32,000 nucleotides of DNA from positions 300,001 to 332,000 of the forward strand of contig NZ_CP019633.1 in assembly GCF_001997385.1 (NCBI RefSeq), written 5' to 3'. Below the pieces are notes generated by a model. That model was not told the DNA's origin. It made no database searches and was given only the letters and a program-made list of their open reading frames with translations. The translations under genes were made by a program, and so were the position numbers. The DNA comes from Sedimentisphaera cyanobacteriorum. Lineage in GTDB: Bacteria > Planctomycetota > Phycisphaerae > Sedimentisphaerales > Sedimentisphaeraceae. Below, in pieces: positions 24,656 through 32,000 of the stretch (position 1 is its first letter; every line of letters starts with the position of its first letter).

Positions 24656-24685
24656 CTGGCCGGCACATTTTTATGCACCGGCCAG
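24656..24685 (-). terminator. GC-rich hairpin between the coiled-coil lipoprotein gene and the antiporter gene (possible terminator or attenuator)
   Basis: CTGGCCGG (24656-24663) pairs with CCGGCCAG (24678-24685). An inner CAT/ATG pairing surrounds a TTTT loop. On the minus strand it is followed by ATTTAATTAT, which is only moderately T-rich. Confidence 0.4.
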
Positions 24686-24722
24686 CTGATATGTTTAAGT
24701 ATTTATTTTCGGGTTCAGAGGA

Positions 24723-26573
24723 TTAAGGCATATTCGGTTCGCCGCCTGCAATACCTTCTTCTGCTTCAGCTTCTCCTGCGCCTTCTTCGACCTGCGTTTC
24801 AGCGGCAGGCTGAACTTCCTGGGCAAGCAGATCAGAAAACGGATCAAGCGCTTCGGAGTTTGCGGGGTCTTCGCTAAGCTCTATCCAGTCTTCTTTATGA
24901 AGCTCGAAGATTGATTTTACAATATCCTGATACGCCTGCTGGTCTTCAGGTTTTTCCAGCTTGTTGAATTCTGTGATTAGGTATATCAGCCTGTCGAGCC
25001 TGTCCTGCTCCTGCATACCCGAAACCTGCGAAAATGCCACCTTGGCGTTTTCGTATTTTTCCATAAGTTTCTGCTGGGCGGTTTTGAAGTCTATCCCGTA
25101 TTCTTTGAAAAGCCCTGCAAGGTAGCTTGTACCGAATTGAGGGTCGTGCTTGATTGAATAGTCCTTTATTGAATCGAGCTTTTTGAGAAGCTCATCTTTA
25201 AGCTGCTCATTTCCACCTTTTTCCTCAGCAAGCTTGAGCCTGCTGTAGATTTGAGCCATATATCCTCTGGCGGCCGCATCTTTGCCTGAGCTGGTATCTG
25301 CTGCTTCTACAGCATTCTGATAGAGCTCGAAGCTTTTCTCGAACGCCTCATTTATCTTGTCTTCTGCTTCACTCAGCTTTTCTTCGCATTTCTCTATCAA
25401 ACTTTCAGGCAAAACTGCCGCTTCCTGCTGCTGGAGAGACTGAAGGTTATTCAAAGATTTTGAAGCTGTTTCAAAGAAATCTGCCTGAGTTTTTCTCAGT
25501 GAAACCAGTGAACTTTGAACCTGCGCTTTCTGGACAGCTGCATCGGAGGTGAGATTGCCCTTTACTTGAGAATAAGCCTGCATTGCCTGTGAATAGGTGT
25601 TTTCAATCTCTGATGTCCTTGCAGAAAAGCTTTCTATGACAGAATCGAGGCTGCCTGTCTTGTCCTTAACATAAGCCCTTCCCTTTTCAATCAGATCGCC
25701 CAGATACGAGAGCTGCTCGGAAAAGCCAAGCTCAGAATCCATATTTTTGAGAAAATCTATTCTGTTCTTTACTTCCTGAGCATCGCTTTTGAGCATAGAA
25801 AGAAGGTTTTCAATGCTTTCCTTTTCATCTTCGAGAGGCTCGAGCTTATCCATAAATTTCTGGAGCTCAGATTCCAGTGAAAACTGCGAATCGCCGTTTG
25901 CCTTGCCTCTTAATATACTGAAAGCCTTATCTTCAAGCTTTGCCCTTGTTTCCCCGCTCTTAAGTTCAGCTTTGTTGAAAAGGCTCACTGTTTCAGATTT
26001 TATATTAATCAATGAAGACTTAACATCTTCAATCTTTGATTTGTATTCACTGACCTTGGCCTCAATGGTGCTGAGCTGGGCTTTCTTTTCGGATATCTTT
26101 GCCTCTATCCCTGATTTCTCGGCAAGCAGCTCCTGAAGCTTTTGTTTCTCAGAAGTCCCTGTTTCTGAAAGCATCTTCACCATTTCCATATCAGAGGCAT
26201 ATTCTGATACCCTTGAGAGCTTTTCGCCCGCATCTTCAATCATATTGCCAGCTTCAAGCGAGATGGTGTTGAGCTTATCAGAAAGCTTTTCCGCTTTGGC
26301 TTTGTAGAGCCTGCCTGCAAGCAGATTAACCTGCTCAGCCTTTCCGCCCGCCTTCTCAGCGTAGTCTCTTGCCTTTTCCACCTCTTCAATAGCGGCCTGA
26401 AAATCATGGCCTCCAGCTTCAGCTTTGTAGTCCTGCACAGTCCGCACAGCTTTTTCAATCTGTTTGCCCGCTTTTTCAGCCGCCTGATCTTCAGGGTTTT
26501 TCCCGCAGCCGCCTGCAGCAAATACTGAGGCGAGGAGAATAAGAAAAAATTTCTTCTTTAGTATGTACTTCAT
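24723..26573 (-). CDS. Coiled-coil lipoprotein, function unknown
   Basis: 616-aa ORF. The signal and lipobox are MKYILKKKFFLILLASVFAAGGC. The body is long, heptad-like and Glu/Lys/Ala/Ser-rich, and the C-terminus is acidic (AETQVEEGAGEAEAEEG). Confidence 0.65.
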   Translation of the reverse strand: MKYILKKKFFLILLASVFAAGGCGKNPEDQAAEKAGKQIEKAVRTVQDYKAEAGGHDFQAAIEEVEKARDYAEKAGGKAEQVNLLAGRLYKAKAEKLSDKLNTISLEAGNMIEDAGEKLSRVSEYASDMEMVKMLSETGTSEKQKLQELLAEKSGIEAKISEKKAQLSTIEAKVSEYKSKIEDVKSSLINIKSETVSLFNKAELKSGETRAKLEDKAFSILRGKANGDSQFSLESELQKFMDKLEPLEDEKESIENLLSMLKSDAQEVKNRIDFLKNMDSELGFSEQLSYLGDLIEKGRAYVKDKTGSLDSVIESFSARTSEIENTYSQAMQAYSQVKGNLTSDAAVQKAQVQSSLVSLRKTQADFFETASKSLNNLQSLQQQEAAVLPESLIEKCEEKLSEAEDKINEAFEKSFELYQNAVEAADTSSGKDAAARGYMAQIYSRLKLAEEKGGNEQLKDELLKKLDSIKDYSIKHDPQFGTSYLAGLFKEYGIDFKTAQQKLMEKYENAKVAFSQVSGMQEQDRLDRLIYLITEFNKLEKPEDQQAYQDIVKSIFELHKEDWIELSEDPANSEALDPFSDLLAQEVQPAAETQVEEGAGEAEAEEGIAGGEPNMP

Positions 26574-26697
26574 CTCTAAACGCTTATAAATAGTAAAATT
26601 ATAAAGATAGCACTTTCAAGATGGTGATTCTATATCCGGCAGAATGTTTTTCAAGAAAATATTTTTTTATTAAACGCTTTATAGTTTTTCCTAAAGG

Positions 26698-26725
26698 TTG
26701 AATAACGTCCCTGCCGGCGTATAAT
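26698..26725 (+). promoter_or_regulatory. Sigma70-like promoter candidate for metY
   Basis: TTGAAT (26698-26703), 16-nt spacer, TATAAT (26720-26725). AAAGGAG lies 6 nt before the metY ATG. This is a sequence match only. Confidence 0.45.
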
Positions 26726-26758
26726 GCAGAGCACTAATTTACCCCGAAAGGAGCAATT

Positions 26759-28042
26759 ATGGAAAACAAATATCATCTGGAAACGCTTGCAATTCATGCG
26801 GGCTACGAAAAAGACAAGCAGACTCGAAGCGTTAATGAACCTATCTACCAGACCACCGGCTACCATTATGACAGCACCGAGCAGGCGGCGAATTTATTCG
26901 AGCTTGAAGAAGAGGGCAATATATACTCGAGGCTCACTAATCCCACCGTTCGAATACTTGAAAAACGTATTGCGGCTCTGGAAGGGGGTCAGGAGGCGGT
27001 AGCCTTCAGCTCCGGTATGGCAGCGATTGCGGGTGTGGCGCTTGCGCTTTGCAGGGAAGGCGATAACATAGTATCCTCAAGCTCGCTTTACGGCGGAACA
27101 AGCACCCTTTTCACCCACACCCTGAAAAAATGGGGCATAGAAACTCGGTTTGCAGATTCAACCGACCCGGACACCTTCGCTGAACATATTGACAACCGCA
27201 CAAAGATGGTGTATTTCGAGACTATCGGCAATCCGAAGAACGATGTGCCCGAGATTGAGCAGATTGTTAAAATCGCGCACAAAAGTGAGGTAGCTGTGGT
27301 ATGCGATAACACCGTTACCTCAGCGATGCTGATAAGGCCGATTGATTTCGGCGTGGATGTAGTGGTTCAGAGCTGCACGAAGATAATAGACGGACGCGGC
27401 TCGAGCGTTGGCGGGATAGCAGTAGAAAGCGGAAACTTCAACTGGGCTCGAGGAAGGTATCCAGATATGGTAGAGCCGGACCCGAGCTATCACGGCCTGA
27501 AGCTCTGCGAAAAATTCGGCAGAGTAGCCCTTTCGGCAAGACTCCGAATACAGATGCTGCGTGATATCGGTGGGTGTATGGCTCCCTTTAATGCTTATAT
27601 GTTTCTCCACGGGCTCTCAACGCTCCATCTCAGGGTCACGAGGCACTGCCAAAACGCCCTCGAACTGGCAAGATTTCTCGAGGCAAACAAGTATGTGAGC
27701 TATGTAAACTATCCCGGCCTTGAAAGCGACCCGCATTTTATGAATGCTCAGAAGTATCTGCCAAAGGGGCAGGGGGCGATTCTGGGTTTCGGGATAAAAG
27801 GCGGCACCGAAGCCGGAAAGAAATTCATCAACAGCGTAAGGCTTGCATCCCACGTAACAAATCTGCTCGACAGCAGGACGATGGTGGTTCATCCCGCATC
27901 AACCACCCATCAGCAGCTCTCTGATCAGGAGAAGATTGATGCCGGCGTTCTGCCGGATTTCATCAGGGTGTCTGTGGGAACTGAACACATCGATGATATA
28001 CTTGCAGATTTTGAGCAGGCAATCAAGGCCTCTCAGAGATAA
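26759..28042 (+). CDS. metY: O-acetylhomoserine (thiol)-lyase / sulfhydrylase, PLP-dependent
   Basis: 427-aa ORF of the Cys/Met-metabolism PLP family: LETLAIHAG, IYQTTGY, NIYSRLTNPT, PLP-lysine context VVQSCTKIIDG, and HPASTTH. Confidence 0.9.
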   Translation: MENKYHLETLAIHAGYEKDKQTRSVNEPIYQTTGYHYDSTEQAANLFELEEEGNIYSRLTNPTVRILEKRIAALEGGQEAVAFSSGMAAIAGVALALCREGDNIVSSSSLYGGTSTLFTHTLKKWGIETRFADSTDPDTFAEHIDNRTKMVYFETIGNPKNDVPEIEQIVKIAHKSEVAVVCDNTVTSAMLIRPIDFGVDVVVQSCTKIIDGRGSSVGGIAVESGNFNWARGRYPDMVEPDPSYHGLKLCEKFGRVALSARLRIQMLRDIGGCMAPFNAYMFLHGLSTLHLRVTRHCQNALELARFLEANKYVSYVNYPGLESDPHFMNAQKYLPKGQGAILGFGIKGGTEAGKKFINSVRLASHVTNLLDSRTMVVHPASTTHQQLSDQEKIDAGVLPDFIRVSVGTEHIDDILADFEQAIKASQR

Positions 28043-28054
28043 AGCAATACGAAA

Positions 28055-28082
28055 AAAACGGGGCGGATGAACGCCCCGTTTG
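28055..28082. terminator. Bidirectional terminator between convergent metY and the PPC-repeat gene
   Basis: AAACGGGGCG (28056-28065) pairs with CGCCCCGTTT (28072-28081). The upstream A-run (28052-28058) gives a T-run on the minus strand. On the plus strand TTGAATCTTT follows. Confidence 0.75.
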
Positions 28083-28097
28083 AATCTTTCGATTTAA

Positions 28098-30068
28098 TCA
28101 CTCTGCAGGCCGATTATCTGTAAGCCAGCTCCCGGCCATTTCAGCAATATCCAGCATATCTACAACGCAGTCCTCATTAGCATCGCCAACTGGATGGGGG
28201 TGGTTCAAATCTCCGCATCGCGGCTCCGGCGATACAATGTATGTTTCGTATGGTCCGAGATCTCCGTAAACTTTCATATAATAATACTTACCTTCGATTA
28301 AGTTTAGAGAATCTTCTGCAGAATTTCCCCCCTTATAGTCGCTTGAACCGCGCATGTAATTGTACAGCCCTGCAGTCTCTTCTACGAAAAATTGCAAATA
28401 CACATAGCCTGCGGCGGATAAATTTTCCAATCCCAGGGTGTAAGTTCCCGTCATAGGAGCGATGAACTTGAGAAAATCAAAGTCTGTGTTTATATTTGCT
28501 GAGTAATTTATTTCGCCGCTCTGTCTCGTTCCGTCTAGCTGAGAAAAAAGAGTCGCATTTTCAAAAGTATTGCCGTGGTCCTCTTCCTGCAAACCCAAAT
28601 CTATTACGCTCAGATTGTAATATTCGCCAATCTTCGAATCATTTCCAAGTACATTAATCTTATAGAAACCGTCGTACAAGGATACCATTGTGGCGTAATT
28701 ATAATTTATGTTTTGAAGCAGGCTGCAATCATTATCGTATAATTTGAAATTAACGTTTGAGTAATCCGAAGCAGTAAGAACAATCTCGTATTTATGCAGA
28801 CGCTGCGTTTCAAATTTGAACCAGTCTGTGTCAATGGGGATGCTGTTTGCAGGGTCTGATCTGTTTATTGTTCCATCGATGGCCGGCTCGCCGACAATTA
28901 TTTCGCTTGCTGTGGAGCAGTCGTTGGAGTAGCTGTCTTCCGGGAAGGCCTCGAGAATCTTTGCTCCAACAGAATAGTCGCCTAAGTAGCCGCTGCCGTA
29001 AATTTTGTAATAAACTGGAGCGTCCTTTTCTATGAAAACATCAAAGGTTTCCGCCTTGTTCCAAGTTGCTGTTAAGAAGTAAGAAATTAACTCCCCATAA
29101 TCGTTTTCCTGAAAAACCTGAATATACTTGTAGCCCCCGTTGTTGCGGCTTACTATTGTAATCCTGTAAAGTGTTTCCGCCTGCGGGGTGAATTTAAACC
29201 AATCAAAATCCGGATTCAGATCCTGATTGTATTCGATGGAGCCTTCTGTTAAATCTGCCCCGGGAGTGATTTCAACTGCCTGATCGCTGAAATTCGGATA
29301 GTCATCCTGCATTACTCCGAGGTCTGTAACCTGAAGGTTGTAGTATTCTCCTTTTTCATACTGCCCGCCGGCGACTTTGATTTTATAGTTCTCCCCATTG
29401 AGAGATACAATAGTTCTGGAAGTTCCGCTGAGGTTTACAGGCTCGCAGTCTTCATAATAAAGCCAAAAGTTCATATTTCTGTTGTCAGCATCGCCTAGCA
29501 GTATCTGATACCTGTGCATCTGCTCTGCCTCGAATTCAAACCAGTCTTCATCTGCAGGCAGCTGAAGGATAGGGTCGAAGTGCGTTATTGTGCCTTCTAT
29601 CAGCGTATCAAGGGCAATCATAGTAGGCGAGGAGCAGTCATCGGAGTATGAATCCTCGGGATAAGTTCCAAGAGCTGCTGCTTGCACAGAATAATTGCCT
29701 TCGCTGCCCCAAATCCTTATGCATACATCCTCTGCCGGCTCAATGAAGACATCCTTCGTCAGCGAACCTGAGTGAATAGCGTCTGAGGTCTGTCTTTCGC
29801 TTGTGCCGAGTGCATCAACGAAATAAATCTCCATATATTTATAGCCGTTTGCTGTGGAGTCGAGCGAGATTCTGTACAGAGTTACGCCCGGGCTTGAAAA
29901 CTTGAACCAGTCATTATCACCGCTTGGCGTGAGAGTGCCGTAAATCTCTCCAGAGCCGGGAACTATAACTTCAGCGGTCGAAATGTCACCACCATAGTCG
30001 GGGTCTTCCGCAAGGCACGGAAAAGATGCAAAAAAACAGGCTGCACCAATAATTAAACAAATCTTCAT
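28098..30068 (-). CDS. Secreted protein with five PPC-like (pre-peptidase C-terminal type) beta-sandwich domains in A-B-A-B-A order and a dockerin-like C-terminus
   Basis: I prefer the start at M26 of the track ORF (ATG 30068..30066, AAGGAG upstream), giving the signal MKICLIIGAACFFASFPCLA. DWF(K/E)F motifs recur: NDWFKFSS, EDWFEFEA, FDWFKFTP, TDWFKFET, FDFLKFIA. The two B modules share FPEDSYS(D/N)DCS and GEYYNL(Q/S)V(T/I)DLG. The tail GDANEDCVVDMLDIAEMAGSWL resembles a dockerin/EF-hand repeat. Confidence 0.75.
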   Translation of the reverse strand: MKICLIIGAACFFASFPCLAEDPDYGGDISTAEVIVPGSGEIYGTLTPSGDNDWFKFSSPGVTLYRISLDSTANGYKYMEIYFVDALGTSERQTSDAIHSGSLTKDVFIEPAEDVCIRIWGSEGNYSVQAAALGTYPEDSYSDDCSSPTMIALDTLIEGTITHFDPILQLPADEDWFEFEAEQMHRYQILLGDADNRNMNFWLYYEDCEPVNLSGTSRTIVSLNGENYKIKVAGGQYEKGEYYNLQVTDLGVMQDDYPNFSDQAVEITPGADLTEGSIEYNQDLNPDFDWFKFTPQAETLYRITIVSRNNGGYKYIQVFQENDYGELISYFLTATWNKAETFDVFIEKDAPVYYKIYGSGYLGDYSVGAKILEAFPEDSYSNDCSTASEIIVGEPAIDGTINRSDPANSIPIDTDWFKFETQRLHKYEIVLTASDYSNVNFKLYDNDCSLLQNINYNYATMVSLYDGFYKINVLGNDSKIGEYYNLSVIDLGLQEEDHGNTFENATLFSQLDGTRQSGEINYSANINTDFDFLKFIAPMTGTYTLGLENLSAAGYVYLQFFVEETAGLYNYMRGSSDYKGGNSAEDSLNLIEGKYYYMKVYGDLGPYETYIVSPEPRCGDLNHPHPVGDANEDCVVDMLDIAEMAGSWLTDNRPAE

Positions 30069-30257
30069 AAATGAACTCCTTAAAAAAAAGTGAACTGTTT
30101 TGTTTTTTTTATCATAGCAGACTTGAATCGTTTTCTGATACAAAATTTTCCCAAAACCTTCTTTTTTTTAACCAAACTGGTAAAAATTCCTTTTGGCGGG
30201 GCTTTTTATTGTTCTTTCCGCAATCAATTTCACATCTTGGAAGGCAGATTTTGCGTG

Positions 30258-30830
30258 TGCGACAATATTTTCCGGCAAAACGCAAATCTTCATGCTGAAT
30301 GCTTTGCAGAATTTATTATCTATTTACTGAGCCAGCGGTTCGCTGCTTAATAATGCAGCGTCGTACAGCGGTGTAATATGAAGAGTCTATTCGTTGTGTC
30401 GGCTTAGCGGGCGACTTGCGTCGCTCCGCTGTAGTACGGGGGATGTTTAACATTGAGCCTGTCCGCCGAAGGCGGAGAGGTATCGGAGAAATGCAGATAA
30501 ATGTTCGTTTCGTGAAATCGCAGCGAAGTTTATTATCCACAGATAGCACGGATGGCACAGATGTTTTTATGAGTGTAAAAGCTTGCGATAAAACAATTTA
30601 TATCAAAATCCTTCGTGCCCTTCGAGCCCTTCGCGGTTTAAACCAATTCCACGAGGATTAAAAAAATACCCGCCCAAAAATCTTTCTCCGCCTTTTCCTT
30701 ATCAAATATCTATCCTGTCAATCCTGTAAATCCCGTCTAAAAAACCTCCCCTCTGTTTACTCTCCGCCTCCGGCGGAGAGTAAGCGGATAGATACGGCTT
30801 TAAAAAGCTTTGCCGGAAAATATTGTCGCA
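30258..30830. repeat. 573-bp noncoding element bounded by a perfect 22-bp inverted repeat, containing hairpins and 9-bp-period heptamer triplets
   Basis: TGCGACAATATTTTCCGGCAAA (30258-30279) is the exact reverse complement of TTTGCCGGAAAATATTGTCGCA (30809-30830). Internal structure is detailed in the findings. Only short, Arg-rich or repeat-derived ORFs overlap it. Confidence 0.7.
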
Positions 30831-30923
30831 TAGTATTTTGCTGTATCAGCGATTATTTTTTGTGTTTGCAGTTGTTTCTGTTAGAATAGCGGGAAATTAT
30901 GAAATATAGACTAAGAGGTAGAA

Positions 30924-31889
30924 ATGGTAAAACAATTTTTTGATTCTGAAAGTAATTTCTCCAAGTATATCCTGCTTGGTATAGGTGCAGCGCTGATTAT
31001 AGGGATCATTAACGGGTCCTTCTATACAGTGAACACCGACGAACGTGCTGTAGTTACCAGATTCGGCAAGTTCAGCCGTACCGCCGAGCCCGGGCTTCAT
31101 TTCAAGCTCCCATTCGGTATTGAATCGGTATCAACCCCGAAAGTAACTACTGTATTCAAGGAAGAATTTGGCTTCAGGACGCTCAAGGCGGGCGTTGAAA
31201 GCCAGTACGACCGCCGCGATTATTCCAGTGAATCGCTTATGCTCTGCGGAGACTTGAGCGTTGCAGATGTCCAGTGGATTGTGCAGTACAGGATTATCGA
31301 TCCCCAGAAGTATCTGTTCAATATCAGAGACCATCGCAAAATGCTTCGTGATGTAGCAGAGTCGGTAGTTCGAAGAGAAGTGGGCGATTCATCGGTTGAT
31401 GAAGTGCTTACAGAGCGAAGGATGGAGATCAACGAGCTCGTTGAAGACGGTATGCAGAAGATCCTCGATGATTATGAATCAGGGCTCTTTGTGGTAACTG
31501 TTAAAATGCAGGATGTTAATCCGCCGGATCCGGTAAAGCATGCGTTTAATGAAGTTAATGCTGCCCAGCAGGAGAAGGAAAGGCTTATAAACAGCGCTAA
31601 GAAAGAGTACAACGAGATTATCCCCAAAAAGCGGGGCGAAGCGCAGAAGATGGTTCAGCAGGCCGAGGCTTACGCTGTTAAGAGGGTGAACGAGGCTGAA
31701 GGTGATGCCGGCCGATTCAGAGAGATATACAACAACTACAAAAACAGCAAAGAGGTTACAAGGACAAGAATGTATCTCGAGGCTATAAACGAAGCCTTCC
31801 CTGAGATTGGTCAGATTAATATTATGGACAAAGAGGTTGAATCTCTTCTGCCCCATATGAATATAAACAAGAAGGGGGAATCTAAATGA
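30924..31889 (+). CDS. hflK: FtsH protease modulator HflK (SPFH/band-7)
   Basis: 321-aa ORF with an N-terminal TM segment (ILLGIGAALIIGIINGSFY), then ERAVVTRFGKFSRTAEPGLHFKLPFGIE and a coiled C-terminal AEGDAGRF region. The stop overlaps the hflC start (ATGA). Confidence 0.9.
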   Translation: MVKQFFDSESNFSKYILLGIGAALIIGIINGSFYTVNTDERAVVTRFGKFSRTAEPGLHFKLPFGIESVSTPKVTTVFKEEFGFRTLKAGVESQYDRRDYSSESLMLCGDLSVADVQWIVQYRIIDPQKYLFNIRDHRKMLRDVAESVVRREVGDSSVDEVLTERRMEINELVEDGMQKILDDYESGLFVVTVKMQDVNPPDPVKHAFNEVNAAQQEKERLINSAKKEYNEIIPKKRGEAQKMVQQAEAYAVKRVNEAEGDAGRFREIYNNYKNSKEVTRTRMYLEAINEAFPEIGQINIMDKEVESLLPHMNINKKGESK

Positions 31890-32000
31890 ATCCTACTAAA
31901 ATAGCAAACTACATCCTATGGGGCTTTATCGCCCTTTTTGTGGCGTTCAATCTTTTCTGCTATACGGTCAAGGAAACCGAGCAGGCTGTAATCACTCAGT
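31886..32000 (+). CDS. hflC: FtsH protease modulator HflC, N-terminal fragment; runs off the right window edge
   Basis: My translation from the ATG at 31886 reads MNPTKIANYILWGFIALFVAFNLFCYTVKETEQAVITQ. This is a TM segment followed by the E-x-E-Q-A-V SPFH start, translationally coupled to hflK. Confidence 0.75.
   Translation, partial: MNPTKIANYILWGFIALFVAFNLFCYTVKETEQAVITQ

Noticed and set aside
26651-27002. ORFs 26651-26866 (minus) and 26724-27002 (plus) around the metY start.
   Set aside because: They overlap the metY promoter and 5' coding region in other frames, and their translations are basic and low-complexity. metY explains the region.
30071-30661. Short ORFs in the PPC-gene/hflK intergenic region: 30071-30298 plus, 30090-30350 plus, 30316-30558 minus, 30416-30661 plus.
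   Set aside because: They overlap one another and the hairpin and 9-bp-period repeat structure. They translate to repeat-derived strings (TDSTDGTD, LRALRALRG, RLRRTG). None has a convincing RBS. I treat the region as noncoding.
1-32000. I searched for CRISPR arrays, rRNA genes, IS elements, transposases, integrases and reverse transcriptases.
   Set aside because: I saw no regularly spaced 25-40-bp direct repeats. I saw no transposase, integrase or RT motifs in any ORF. The only repeat structure beyond protein-internal modules is the 30258-30830 element. The ATPase/HNH pair therefore has no retron-type RT or msr/msd partner here.

Overview
This 32 kb window looks like bacterial chromosome dominated by anabolic housekeeping genes. 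Protein style (dockerin-like tails, many lipoproteins, a glycyl-radical enzyme) suggests an anaerobic PVC/Planctomycetota-like organism, but that is inference only. Left to right:

- **Minus-strand trp operon**, trpE-trpG-trpD-trpC' (trpC runs off the left edge). It is preceded by what reads as a classical leader-peptide/terminator attenuator.
- **A 735-aa secreted helical-repeat protein.**
- **A fused metX-metW gene.**
- **A PFL2-type glycyl-radical enzyme** with no activase gene nearby.
- **Two paralogous lipoproteins**, then a HIT protein and a dGTPase-like HD hydrolase.
- **Sulfate activation genes cysD and cysN**, separated here by a TauE/SafE permease and an A/T-richer two-gene cassette: an ABC/AAA_15-21-type ATPase plus a TIGR02646-type HNH protein, resembling Septu PtuA/PtuB.
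- **An MntA/HepT (nucleotidyltransferase/HEPN) toxin-antitoxin pair.**
- **tRNA-Leu(CAG)** in a long noncoding stretch.
- **Minus-strand block:** coiled-coil lipoprotein, CPA2-CBS antiporter, cmoA, parvulin PPIase.
- **metY.**
- **A secreted protein with five PPC-like domains** and a dockerin-like tail.
- **A 780-bp noncoding gap**, then hflK-hflC'.

The signals most worth a second look:

1. The ATPase+HNH cassette wedged inside cysD...cysN, with the toxin-antitoxin pair and the tRNA on the other side of cysN.
2. A 573-bp noncoding element (30258-30830) bounded by a perfect 22-bp inverted repeat. It holds three 9-bp-period heptamer triplets and GC hairpins that share a core.
3. The orphan glycyl-radical enzyme, which has a GCVT rather than a GCVE Cys loop.
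4. The trp attenuator, whose leader peptide contains W-C-W.

I saw no CRISPR array, rRNA, transposase or integrase.
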